A stretch of DNA of 64,000 bases, taken from the NCBI GenBank assembly GCA_964557845.1, contig CAZLBV010000215.1, forward strand, positions 3,582 through 67,581. Direction: 5' to 3'. Below, one piece after another: positions 28,630 through 37,460 of the stretch; positions within the stretch are counted from its first letter, which is position 1, and each line of letters opens with the position of its first letter. A program made the translations under genes and the position numbers. Under the pieces are notes generated by a model. That model saw nothing but the letters and a program-made list of their open reading frames with translations, did not search any database and was not told the DNA's origin. The stretch comes from an uncultured Eubacteriales bacterium. GTDB taxonomy: Bacteria > Acidobacteriota > Aminicenantia > Aminicenantales > Aminicenantaceae.

Positions 28630-29563
28630 AATATTTTAGATTTTTATATATAACGATTTTTATTTTATTTTCTTGCAGGAGAGAATTCAATTCTTTTAGG
28701 ACCGCGTTTCTATGTTTCCCAAGGGATGAGGAAATATCTTCAAGAGTGACAGGCCTCCTTTTTACCATATCAAGAATTTGGCTGGCTATATTTTCCTGAT
28801 AAGGAGGCTGGTCTCCACCCTGGAATTCTGCGATGATTTCTGCTTTATCACCGAGAAATTTTTGAATTTCTTCTAACCGTGACCTGCTTATCGGTTGAGC
28901 TGTAATTTCAGCAGGTGGGCGAACTACCGTATTGAGATGGATTTTGTCCGGGCGGATTTTTTCTATGACTTTTTTTAATTTTAACAGATGAGTATGTGAG
29001 TCATTGACATTTTTGACAAAAAGGATCTCGAGCCATATTTTACCATTGTATTGCTTTCTGAATTCAATCAAACCTGATAAGATCTCTTTAAGTTCAAGTT
29101 TAGGGTGAGGGCGGTTAATCTGTAAAAATACATCCTGAGAGGCCGCATCCAATGAAGGAACGACCAGGTCTGCCTTCTTTAAGTCCTGCCTGACTTCTTC
29201 TTGAGAAAGGAGAGTACTGTTAGTTAAAACAGCAACCGGAATATCAGTAAATGCTTTGATATTAGTTATCAATTCTCCAATTATTTTATTGAGAGTGGGT
29301 TCTCCTGAACCTGAAAAAGTAATGTAGTCGATATGGTGCCCAGTTTCGATGGCTTTCTTTATGCCAGCTAGAATTTCTTTTATAGAAAAGTATTTTTTTC
29401 TTTCTACAGTCTTTTTAGGGGTCGTCCCCAACTGGCAGTAGATGCAATCCAAACTGCAGGTTTTATATGGCAAGATATCTATTCCTAAAGAATAACCTAA
29501 CCTGCGTGAAGGTACTGGTCCATAAATGAATGTCTTTAGGTTTTTATTTTTAATTTTAGTCAC
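28616..29563 (-). CDS. radical SAM enzyme (CxxxCxxC) of a subfamily with an N-terminal YGPVPSRRLG motif and a C-terminal winged-helix-like tail; function unknown
   Basis: 315 aa with the radical SAM cluster motif CSLDCIYC after GPVPSRRLGYSLGIDI. A paralog with the same architecture lies at 59993-60943. Confidence 0.8.
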   Translation of the reverse strand: MTKIKNKNLKTFIYGPVPSRRLGYSLGIDILPYKTCSLDCIYCQLGTTPKKTVERKKYFSIKEILAGIKKAIETGHHIDYITFSGSGEPTLNKIIGELITNIKAFTDIPVAVLTNSTLLSQEEVRQDLKKADLVVPSLDAASQDVFLQINRPHPKLELKEILSGLIEFRKQYNGKIWLEILFVKNVNDSHTHLLKLKKVIEKIRPDKIHLNTVVRPPAEITAQPISRSRLEEIQKFLGDKAEIIAEFQGGDQPPYQENIASQILDMVKRRPVTLEDISSSLGKHRNAVLKELNSLLQENKIKIVIYKNLKYYEPV

Positions 29564-29645
29564 CGGATTTAAATACGGTCTATATATATATCAATGAATC
29601 TGAGAAGGGAACGATCATAGATCTGTTCCACCTCATATTACTTGC

Positions 29646-30116
29646 TTAAATTTTTCTGTATTGTTTTTTCCAGGGTGATTTCTTTTGATAGAGATAATCA
29701 GCCAAAGCCCGGCGTAGTGTTTCCGATGCCAATTGAGCGCAGTGGATGTTTTCTTCGGGAAGCCCTCCCAGCTCTTTCAAAATAACATCGGCACTGATGG
29801 AGGCAAGAGCCTGGTTGAAGGTTTTGTCTCTTGAGAGTTCCGAAACCACACTTCCACAAGCCAAAGTAGCTCCACAACCATCGGTAAGAAAAGTGCATTT
29901 GCTTATTCTGTCATCCTGAAATTTTAAAAAAATTTCCATAGTATCTCCACAGGATCCAGTTACCTTTGCATATCCATCAGGCTGCTCCAGTTTTCCCAGA
30001 TTAAGAGGATGGAGCCACAGATTGATAACCTTATCGGTATAGATCTGTCTGGCTTGCTCCATGATCTGCTCCTGAAGCTGCTGCGTTATTTTTTCTAATT
30101 CCTCGTCTTTATCCAT
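29646..30116 (-). CDS. IscU/NifU-N-like Fe-S cluster scaffold protein
   Basis: 156 aa with the three scaffold cysteines in conserved contexts: GSCGDTMEIFL, TDGCGATLACGS and HCAQLASE. Confidence 0.8.
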   Translation of the reverse strand: MDKDEELEKITQQLQEQIMEQARQIYTDKVINLWLHPLNLGKLEQPDGYAKVTGSCGDTMEIFLKFQDDRISKCTFLTDGCGATLACGSVVSELSRDKTFNQALASISADVILKELGGLPEENIHCAQLASETLRRALADYLYQKKSPWKKQYRKI

Positions 30117-30180
30117 TTTTATTGACTCTTAAAACTTTAGGTTTAAATTAAATATTTAATAATCAGATTTTTAACCTAAA

Positions 30181-30283
30181 GGCGAGTCGATCTTGGCCCA
30201 TTTACTGCATTGCGGCGGGTTCGCAGTGGACAATCACAGCTTCACCCGCTGGCGCCTTGTAACTGGACCAATCTCGACTCGTG
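30181..30283. ncRNA. candidate structured RNA or small palindromic element: ~103-nt GC-rich segment closed by an ~18-bp imperfect terminal stem
   Basis: GGCGAGTCGATCTTGGCC (30181-30198) is the reverse complement of GGACCAATCTCGACTCG (30265-30281), with 2 mismatches and 1 wobble. The interior contains nested complementarity (GCGGCGGG / CCCGCTGGCGC). GC is about 58% against an AT-rich surround. It sits between the IscU-like start (30116) and the DUF4405-like gene end (30409) and is preceded by an AT-rich 9-bp-stem hairpin at 30134-30180. Confidence 0.3.
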
Positions 30284-30408
30284 AATAATCCAAATTAATT
30301 TAATTCATCATTATAACAAAAAATAGTGTTTTTATTGAAATGGAATTACAAATAGTTCTAGATGAATATTTCCCATTTAATGGATATATTTCCATCAGTT
30401 TGGTTCAC

Positions 30409-31281
30409 TTACTTTTTTTGTCTCTTTTGCAACTCAGCGGTTATAAAATCCCTCAATTCTTGTATAGAGAATCCATAACTCTTTCTTAATCTGCCCAGGT
30501 GGTCAAACTCTGAAACATTTGCAGGCAATCCCATTCCCTGGATAATGGTTTTTGTGTTTATTCCGGTTTTTAATTCTATGTCTCTTAAACACATCTGCCC
30601 TGTGATCACAATGCCGGATGTATCTTCCTCCAGCCTTCCATGAACGAGCTTATCTTCATGTTCCTGGGTTTCTTCGTGAAGGTGGACAGCTGGATAACTC
30701 TCAGATTTCACCTCAATTTCTTTTTCTGGTTTCTGCTGGTTATTGGCTGCTCCAGATAAAGACTTTTCCGAGCTCTTACCAGGTACGGATGCTTTTTTTT
30801 GCTGTTCGATAATCGAAGGGGCAGGAGAAGGCACCGGGGCAGGGATCGAAGTCGCAGCCGGCACACTTTGCTCAACAATTCTGGACCTCCCAAATTCTCC
30901 GTTTCTTCTTCCATAGTTGGAATACAAAGGAGAGTCCTTAGGCATGAATGCCCAGATAAAAAAAATGGTAAAAAAAGCAGCTGCTACGGTAAGGCCGATA
31001 ATTAGAGGGGCCTTATTTTTAAATAGACGGCGTGACTGCGCTTTAATCCAGCTCCATTCAAGGATCAGATGAATAATGACTAATGCTGTGAATGCTAGGG
31101 ACAAAATTAGATGAATGTCGCCCCATTGATGCCGGTGCAGACCTAAAAAATATTTTCCCTGGTCATTGACTGTCGGTCCTTCTGCGAGAAAGAAAGCCAT
31201 CAGTATTCCTATAACTGCTATTCCAAAAAGAAATATGAAAAGAAAAGTATCTACCAGATATTTCCATATGTTTTTATTCAT
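30409..31281 (-). CDS. membrane protein with an N-terminal DUF4405-like His-rich transmembrane domain and a C-terminal soluble domain
   Basis: 290 aa with three TM helices and conserved histidines (HRHQWGDIHLILSLAFTALVIIHLILEW), typical of DUF4405 putative haem/cytochrome-b-like modules. A Pro/Ser-rich linker follows, then a C-terminal domain of unknown family. Confidence 0.45.
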   Translation of the reverse strand: MNKNIWKYLVDTFLFIFLFGIAVIGILMAFFLAEGPTVNDQGKYFLGLHRHQWGDIHLILSLAFTALVIIHLILEWSWIKAQSRRLFKNKAPLIIGLTVAAAFFTIFFIWAFMPKDSPLYSNYGRRNGEFGRSRIVEQSVPAATSIPAPVPSPAPSIIEQQKKASVPGKSSEKSLSGAANNQQKPEKEIEVKSESYPAVHLHEETQEHEDKLVHGRLEEDTSGIVITGQMCLRDIELKTGINTKTIIQGMGLPANVSEFDHLGRLRKSYGFSIQELRDFITAELQKRQKK

Positions 31282-31313
31282 GGTGGCCCTCCTTTCATTG
31301 TTTTTGTTATCTA

Positions 31314-32186
31314 TTAATTATCCACATTTTTTAGATTAAGCCAAATTTCTTTTATCTCATTGGCAAGGTCAGAATTAGGAAGTTCTGGAATAGGGATGCC
31401 TTGAGTGACAGCTTTAATCGCATCTTCTGAATAGGAGATTTTTCCTAAAATTTTGATGTTGTTTTTTTGACACCAAGTAATGATTCCGTGTGTGTTTTGC
31501 TTATTTATGTCGTATTTATTGATAATACAGGCAGTTTTGATTTTAAAATATTTGGATGTCTCGATAACTCTTTCCATATCATGGACCGCAGAAAGAGTGG
31601 GCTCAGTGACCACAACCGCTAAATCAACTCCGGAAAGAGAAGCGATGACTGGGCAGCCTATTCCGGGAGGCCCGTCGATAAGGACCCAATCCAAATTGCC
31701 CGACTCTGCGATCTCTCTGGCTTTTTCTCTAACCAGTGAAACAAGTTTTCCGGAATTTTCTTCCCCGGGATACAGCCGGGCATGAACAAAGGGGCCGTAT
31801 TTTGTTTGAGAAATATACCATTCTCCGCAAACCGCAGGTTTCATTTCGATCGCCTGTACAGGACAAGATAAGGCACAAACTCTGCATCCTTCGCATGAAA
31901 AAGGATCTATAGAAATTTTTCCTTCATCGGAAGAGTGAATGGCATCGAACCGGCATAAACTCACACAAGCACCGCAGTATGTGCATTTTTCTTCATTGTA
32001 AACGGCTTTTTCTCCGCTTGTAAATGTGTGTGTTTCTTTGATCTCAGGATGGATCATTAAATGCAGATTGGCTGCATCAACATCACAGTCAGCGAGTACT
32101 TTCTTTTCTGCAAGGGAGGCAAAGGCAGCGGTCACAATTGTTTTCCCAGTTCCGCCTTTTCCGCTGATAACAACTATTTGCTTCAC
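31314..32186 (-). CDS. MinD/ParA-superfamily P-loop ATPase with inserted 2x[4Fe-4S] ferredoxin domain (CooC-like, COG1149-type)
   Basis: 290 aa with a deviant Walker A (GKGGTGKT) and two CxxCxxCxxxCP motifs (CTYCGACVSLC, CEGCRVCALSCP) inserted in the ATPase fold. Confidence 0.75.
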   Translation of the reverse strand: MKQIVVISGKGGTGKTIVTAAFASLAEKKVLADCDVDAANLHLMIHPEIKETHTFTSGEKAVYNEEKCTYCGACVSLCRFDAIHSSDEGKISIDPFSCEGCRVCALSCPVQAIEMKPAVCGEWYISQTKYGPFVHARLYPGEENSGKLVSLVREKAREIAESGNLDWVLIDGPPGIGCPVIASLSGVDLAVVVTEPTLSAVHDMERVIETSKYFKIKTACIINKYDINKQNTHGIITWCQKNNIKILGKISYSEDAIKAVTQGIPIPELPNSDLANEIKEIWLNLKNVDN

Positions 32187-32217
32187 TTCTTTTCCTTATT
32201 TTAAATATTATCGAGAT

Positions 32218-33099
32218 TCATCTCTTGGTTAGATTGTCGGTCTGAATTTTAATCTTGTATTTTAAGCTGTCATAGAGTTCTGAGAATTTGGTCTTAAAAC
32301 TTGGATCTATATCAATCAAGGCTTCTCCTTTAGAGTAAGCTTCTGCTATTTTTCTGTCCAATGGAATTTCCATGATTAAGGGAATGTTTTCCTTCTGACA
32401 GTATTCATGAATGATCTCATCACCTGTTCTTGCCCGGTTTAAGATCACACTAAAGGGAATGCCCATTTGCCTGAGAGTATCAACTGAGAGCTTGAGATCA
32501 TTTAAACCAAAAGGAGTCGGTTCTGTGACAAGAAGGGTGTGATCGCTGCCCTTAACTGTTTCGACCATAGGACATGATGTGCCGGGTGGAACATCCAGGA
32601 TCACATCTTGTTCGTGGTCGATCATTTTTTTCATCTGCCGGATCAACGGAGGAGACATTGCCTGGCCCACATCCAATTTTCCTGATAGAAAAAATATGTT
32701 TCCGGCATGACCTGATTTGATCACTCCGATTCTTTTGCCAATTTCTTTTATTGCGTTTTCAGGACAGAAAAGTTTACATGCCCCGCAGCCATGGCAGAGT
32801 TCAGGAAAGGTAAGAACGCTTTCTTTGAGTACGGCCAAGGCATTATAAGCACAGACTTCAGCACAGCGCCTGCAGTAGGTGCATTTATTATCATCAATTT
32901 CAGGAATAGGCAGGTAAGAGATTTTTTCTTTCTCAAATTCTGCTTTTATGAAAAAATGGGCATTTGGTCCTTCTACATCACAATCTAAAAATTGCAGCTT
33001 CTGATCTGCTGAAATGGAAAGAGCTATATTTACAGCAACCGTTGTTTTACCCGTTCCTCCTTTACCGCTGGCAATGGAAAGGATCATTAAATACTCCAA
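32218..33099 (-). CDS. MinD/ParA-superfamily P-loop ATPase with inserted 2x[4Fe-4S] ferredoxin domain (paralog)
   Basis: 293 aa with GKGGTGKTT, CTYCRRCAEVC and CHGCGACKLFCP. It is the tandem paralog of the downstream gene. Confidence 0.75.
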   Translation of the reverse strand: MEYLMILSIASGKGGTGKTTVAVNIALSISADQKLQFLDCDVEGPNAHFFIKAEFEKEKISYLPIPEIDDNKCTYCRRCAEVCAYNALAVLKESVLTFPELCHGCGACKLFCPENAIKEIGKRIGVIKSGHAGNIFFLSGKLDVGQAMSPPLIRQMKKMIDHEQDVILDVPPGTSCPMVETVKGSDHTLLVTEPTPFGLNDLKLSVDTLRQMGIPFSVILNRARTGDEIIHEYCQKENIPLIMEIPLDRKIAEAYSKGEALIDIDPSFKTKFSELYDSLKYKIKIQTDNLTKR

Positions 33100-33800
33100 A
33101 CGCTTCCGGCGCCGAGTTCAAGAAAATCATCCTTATACTCTTCTTTAAAGAGAGTTCGGGCTTCTAGTCCCGAGCAATGGGTCGGCCCCACTTTTTCTAT
33201 TCCCTCTCTTTTAAATAAACGAATGATCTCTTTGATCTCTCGGTCTTCAAATCCACCTAAATGGAATCCCCCAAAGACCATATAAATATTTTTCTGGAAT
33301 TGTTTTTTAGTAAGATCGATTATGTTTGTGATCCGTGGGTGGGCGCATCCAGTTATAAGAATCAAACCTTTATTGGTTTCTAAAATCAGGGATTGCTCTT
33401 TTATCCATCCGTTTATGACGCCGGTTGTAAAGGCTCCAGGTGATAGGTTTTGAGGGCCAGTGATGTAAACCGGGCAGCTTCTGGCATCAGTAACGGCTTT
33501 TTTTATTTTATTTGGAAAAAAATCAGGAATAAATACAGTTACATCGGAGTTTACTGCCAAGAATCCCTCTAAACCCCCTGTGTGATCGAAGTGTTCATGA
33601 GAGAGAAATATTTGATCTACCATTCCAGGCGATTTTCCCAACTTGTTTATATTATCCAGCAAGATTTTATGTTTTGCCCCGGTGTCGAAGAGTATGGTTT
33701 TTTCCATTCCTTGGATCAGGCAGGAAAACCCCCAATCTGTAGCGAATTCTGTTTTATAAGCAATATTGTCATAGAGAATTGAGAAGGTTAATGGAGACAT
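33087..33800 (-). CDS. MBL-fold metallo-hydrolase
   Basis: 237 aa with the HxHxDH motif (LSHEHFDHTGG) and later His/Asp ligands (GCAHP, GGFHLGG). Confidence 0.7.
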   Translation of the reverse strand: MSPLTFSILYDNIAYKTEFATDWGFSCLIQGMEKTILFDTGAKHKILLDNINKLGKSPGMVDQIFLSHEHFDHTGGLEGFLAVNSDVTVFIPDFFPNKIKKAVTDARSCPVYITGPQNLSPGAFTTGVINGWIKEQSLILETNKGLILITGCAHPRITNIIDLTKKQFQKNIYMVFGGFHLGGFEDREIKEIIRLFKREGIEKVGPTHCSGLEARTLFKEEYKDDFLELGAGSVWSI

Positions 33801-33857
33801 CTCTTATTGGCCTTAAAATTCTGATTAGATTTAATATGATAATTATTTATTCAACTC

Positions 33858-35060
33858 TCATTCAACAACAGCTAGGGCCTGCTCCAGGTCTGCCTCAAGA
33901 TCTTCATATCCTTCACAACCCACTGAGATGCGGATCAGATCATCTGTTATCCCTGCTTCCAATTTATCTTTCCTCGAGACATTTGCATGAGTCATACTAG
34001 CCGGATGTTGGATAAGGGTTTCAATTCCTCCCAGGGAAACCGCAAGGGTACATAATTTAACTGAGTCGATGAATTTTCTACCGGCATCTAACCCGCCTTT
34101 CAAGCCAAAACTGATAAGAGCACCGAAACCACGCATTTGTTTTTTTGCCAGTTTGTGTTGGGGATGGCTTTCCAAACCAGGATAGTTTACCCAGGCTATT
34201 TTTGGATGATTCTCAAGATAAGTGGCCAGTTTCATGGCATTATCCTGGGATTTCTCTACCCTGAGTGCTAAGGATTTTACTCCCCGTAAGACCAACCATG
34301 CTTGATGCGGGTCCATGTTACCACCCAGAAGGGAGAGAGCTGACCTGAGTTTATTATAAAGTTCTTCGTTTTTGGGAATAATTATTCCGCCTACTATATC
34401 TGAATGGCCGTTGATAAATTTAGTAACACTGTGGTAAACAATATCGGCGCCCAATTCCAGGGGATTTTGAAGATGTGGGCTGGCAAAAGTATTGTCAACC
34501 ACCAGCAGAAGGCCTTTAGAATGGGCTAGCTTTGCACAAGCCTCGATATCTGAAATAATCATGGTTGGATTAGCTGGAGTCTCGATAACAATAAGTTTAG
34601 TATTTGTTTTAATAGCGGATTCAATTTTTTTTGTATCCGAGGTATCCACATAATCGAAACTGATGCCGAATTTGTACGCTAATTTTTCAACCAGGACTCG
34701 AGAAGCCCCATAAACAGAAGCTGTGCTTATCATGTGTGAATTTTGTTCTAATAGACCAAAAAGCAGTGTAGATAGAGCGGACATCCCTGATGAGGTAGCC
34801 ATGGCCCCGTAGCCCTGTTCTAAATAGGCTATATTGTCCTCCAAGGCTCTTATTGTGGGATTACCCATTCTGGTATAGATATATCCTTCTTCTTCTCCGG
34901 CAAACCGGGCTGCGCCCTGCCGGGCATTTTTAAATGCAAAGGTAGACGATTGATAAATGGGTGTCGATACACCCCCAAATACTGGGTCTGGATGTTGAGC
35001 GGCATGGATAACACTGGTATGCCTGCTTTTCATTTTAATATCAGTCACATTTTCCTCCAT
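33858..35060 (-). CDS. Cys/Met-metabolism PLP enzyme (methionine gamma-lyase / cystathionine gamma-synthase / O-acetylhomoserine sulfhydrylase family)
   Basis: 400 aa with PLP-lysine in SVTKFINGHSD and trans-sulfuration-family motifs. The real start is possibly the internal Met at ~35033 (MKSRHTSVIH). Confidence 0.8.
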   Translation of the reverse strand: MEENVTDIKMKSRHTSVIHAAQHPDPVFGGVSTPIYQSSTFAFKNARQGAARFAGEEEGYIYTRMGNPTIRALEDNIAYLEQGYGAMATSSGMSALSTLLFGLLEQNSHMISTASVYGASRVLVEKLAYKFGISFDYVDTSDTKKIESAIKTNTKLIVIETPANPTMIISDIEACAKLAHSKGLLLVVDNTFASPHLQNPLELGADIVYHSVTKFINGHSDIVGGIIIPKNEELYNKLRSALSLLGGNMDPHQAWLVLRGVKSLALRVEKSQDNAMKLATYLENHPKIAWVNYPGLESHPQHKLAKKQMRGFGALISFGLKGGLDAGRKFIDSVKLCTLAVSLGGIETLIQHPASMTHANVSRKDKLEAGITDDLIRISVGCEGYEDLEADLEQALAVVE

Positions 35061-35211
35061 AAAATTTAACTAAGCGATATTAATAAATATAATAATTTCT
35101 GGCTTAAGAGATATTATAATACCGTTTTTAATCTCTGCGGCAGGATCTTTTGTCGAAACATATTTAGAAAATTCCACCACAGTTTTGGCATTCGTATCTG
35201 CAGATAGGAAG

Positions 35212-35397
35212 CTACCTTCCCCGGATCATCTTGGAACCGCATTTAGGGCAGGTTAATTCAAAACAGGGTTTTCCAGGTTGATGAGAAATTTTGTGTCCGC
35301 ATTTAGGGCACACACATGAACCGCCTGGCCCAAGCCCCTGTCCTCCGCCTAATCCTCTACCTCCTTGCCCATTAGGATCTCCGTTCGAATTGGACAT
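35212..35397 (-). CDS. small Gly-rich zinc-ribbon protein
   Basis: 61 aa with a Gly-rich N-terminus (GQGGRGLGGGQGLGPGG) and two CPKCG knuckles (CVCPKCGH...CPKCGS). Its position inside the conserved island supports it being real. Confidence 0.45.
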   Translation of the reverse strand: MSNSNGDPNGQGGRGLGGGQGLGPGGSCVCPKCGHKISHQPGKPCFELTCPKCGSKMIRGR

Positions 35398-35412
35398 GAT
35401 TTTCTCCTCTTT

Positions 35413-35853
35413 TCAGTTATAGGCTTCCATTATCTTTTTGTCTTCATTCATGAGATAATCCAGTTCTTTTCTGAATTTATCATCCCAAAAATTAAGCTTG
35501 TTATGAATTTCAAGATATTTCAGGGGAATAGGATGGGTTCCAATAACAACAGGGACTCCGTACTGAGTTTCAATGTATTCTTTGAATTGAAATAGATAGG
35601 GACAAGGTGGGTACCCGACCACCAAACCAGTGGCCAGATGAATGACTTCTGCGCCATTTTTTATCATTTCTTCTGGAACATATTCAATATTCCCCCCCGG
35701 GCATCCCCCGCAATAGGAATATCCTACGACCTCTATTTCTTCATCTTTTGGATAACGAGCAAAACCTCCGGTCCGTTCCCGGACGGAACGGAAGCATTTC
35801 CCGCCACCGCATAACTGATAGCGTCCACATATTATGATGCCGATTTTTTTCAT
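35413..35853 (-). CDS. CGGC-domain protein
   Basis: 146 aa with MKKIGIIICGRY...CGGGKC and YCGGCPGG. I recall these as the CGGC-domain family signature. Confidence 0.55.
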   Translation of the reverse strand: MKKIGIIICGRYQLCGGGKCFRSVRERTGGFARYPKDEEIEVVGYSYCGGCPGGNIEYVPEEMIKNGAEVIHLATGLVVGYPPCPYLFQFKEYIETQYGVPVVIGTHPIPLKYLEIHNKLNFWDDKFRKELDYLMNEDKKIMEAYN

Positions 35854-35874
35854 TTTATTTCCTATTATTATTAA

Positions 35875-36681
35875 TTAATTTTTTCCGGTAGATTCCAAGA
35901 TCCTTTCAGCGACTTCGAGAAAAGCCTTGGCTGTTTCTGACTCGGCAGTATCTTCTAAGAACGATTTGCCAATGTCGCCGAGGATTACGATCTGAGGATC
36001 AATGGGAATTCTTCCCAGAAAAGGAACACCCAATTCGCCAGCGGCTGTTTCGCCTCCGCCCTGTTTAAAAAGGTCGATCTTTTTACCACAATGGGGGCAG
36101 GTCAATCCGCTCATGTTTTCTATGATTCCATACACCTGTAAATTCAATTTGCGGGCAAAGGCGACTGCCTTTCTTGAATCCATAAGAGAAACCTCTTGTG
36201 GGGTTGTAACCACAACTGCGCCGCTAGCAGGAATCAACTGGGCTACTGAAAGAGGTTCATCTCCTGTGCCTGGAGGCGAGTCGATAATCAGCCAATCAAG
36301 GTTTCCCCAATCAACGTCTCCAAGAAACTGCTGGATGGCTTTCATCTTCATAGGCCCCCGCCAAATTACGGGGAGATCAGGGCTTTCGAGTAAAAAAGCC
36401 ATAGATACGAGCTTTAAATTCTTATCCACCTGAACAGGTTTAATTCCGTTAGGTGAAACATCAAGCCGTTTCGTCTCAACGCCCAGCATTTTTGCCAGGT
36501 TGGGCCCATGAATATCTACGTCTAATAATCCAACTTCTAATCCTTTTTTTTCAAAGGCATAAGCGAGGTTGGCAGCTACTGTGCTTTTCCCAACTCCTCC
36601 TTTTCCACTGAAAACAAGAAGTCGGTTTTTGATTTTTTCTAAAGCTTTCTTGATTTTTTCTGATTCATTTTCGTTTGGCAT
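35875..36681 (-). CDS. Mrp/NBP35/ApbC-family Fe-S cluster carrier ATPase
   Basis: 268 aa with Walker [18 protein letters not shown] and the conserved CPHCG cluster-binding motif. Its ATG overlaps the stop of the upstream NifX-like gene (ATGA-type overlap at 36679-36683). Confidence 0.85.
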   Translation of the reverse strand: MPNENESEKIKKALEKIKNRLLVFSGKGGVGKSTVAANLAYAFEKKGLEVGLLDVDIHGPNLAKMLGVETKRLDVSPNGIKPVQVDKNLKLVSMAFLLESPDLPVIWRGPMKMKAIQQFLGDVDWGNLDWLIIDSPPGTGDEPLSVAQLIPASGAVVVTTPQEVSLMDSRKAVAFARKLNLQVYGIIENMSGLTCPHCGKKIDLFKQGGGETAAGELGVPFLGRIPIDPQIVILGDIGKSFLEDTAESETAKAFLEVAERILESTGKN

Positions 36682-37400
36682 TATTCTTCTCTTTCCATGA
36701 AGTTTTCAAGGACATCTTTTACCTTTCCTGAGACTCCTGTGATCATTTTAATTCCGGATTCCTGCAACACTTTATCTGCATTGGGTCCAAAGTCTCCGGT
36801 CATAACAAGTGATGGATTTTTTTCGGCAATAAATTGGGCTGCTTTAATTCCAGCGCCATGAGCAGTATCTATATATGGATTGGAGATCGCTTCAACCTGA
36901 TCTGAACCAGGTGTCAAAAATAAGAAATATTGGGCTCTTCCGAATTTCGGATCAACCTCGGAATCAATGGTGTTTCCCAGTGCAGTAATACATATCTTTG
37001 TACGGGTATCATGAGACAGGGATTGATGTTCGTGATGTTTAGGATGTCCTTGATTCATATGGCGTTCGCTCCCGTGATCGCAAAGGTCTTCTCCAGGTTT
37101 CAGTTGGCCTAGCCTATATTTTTCGATAACTTCGTCGATCGGGCCTTGGACACCTATGATCGTTTGAATATTCTTTTTTCTAAACAATTCCTGGGCACGG
37201 GGGCCCATCCCACCGGTAATGATGAGATTGACCCCTCGCGCACTTAAAAATTCTGGTAGAAACCCTGGTTGGTGACCCGGATTATCAATTTCTTCTTTTT
37301 GGGAGATCCGGTTATCTTCTATGTCAACTATTGTATACTTCGAACACCGCCCAAAATGGGCGGCAACAAAACCATTCTCTGTAGAGACTGCAATTTTCAT
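36681..37400 (-). CDS. tandem fusion of two dinitrogenase FeMo-cofactor-binding (NifX/NafY/NifB-C-like) domains joined by a His-rich linker
   Basis: 239 aa. Domain 1 starts [29 protein letters not shown]. The His-rich linker reads [18 protein letters not shown]. Domain 2 starts [27 protein letters not shown]. Confidence 0.7.
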   Translation of the reverse strand: MKIAVSTENGFVAAHFGRCSKYTIVDIEDNRISQKEEIDNPGHQPGFLPEFLSARGVNLIITGGMGPRAQELFRKKNIQTIIGVQGPIDEVIEKYRLGQLKPGEDLCDHGSERHMNQGHPKHHEHQSLSHDTRTKICITALGNTIDSEVDPKFGRAQYFLFLTPGSDQVEAISNPYIDTAHGAGIKAAQFIAEKNPSLVMTGDFGPNADKVLQESGIKMITGVSGKVKDVLENFMEREE

Positions 37401-37460
37401 TCAAACCTCTTTATCATGATTCAGGGTATACTTTTTATCTTAGAAATTCAACATCAATAT

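Noticed and set aside
30181-30283. tRNA, SRP RNA, tmRNA, RNase P, or B12/TPP riboswitch identity for the GC-rich stem-closed element
   Set aside because: An 18-bp terminal helix is incompatible with the tRNA acceptor and T arms. None of the diagnostic motifs are present on either strand: SRP domain IV GGAAGCAGCCA, the tmRNA tag ORF with CCA end, RNase P GGAAAGTCCGG, the TPP CUGAGA / ACCUGAUCUGGAUAAUGCCAGCG pair, or a full B12 box.
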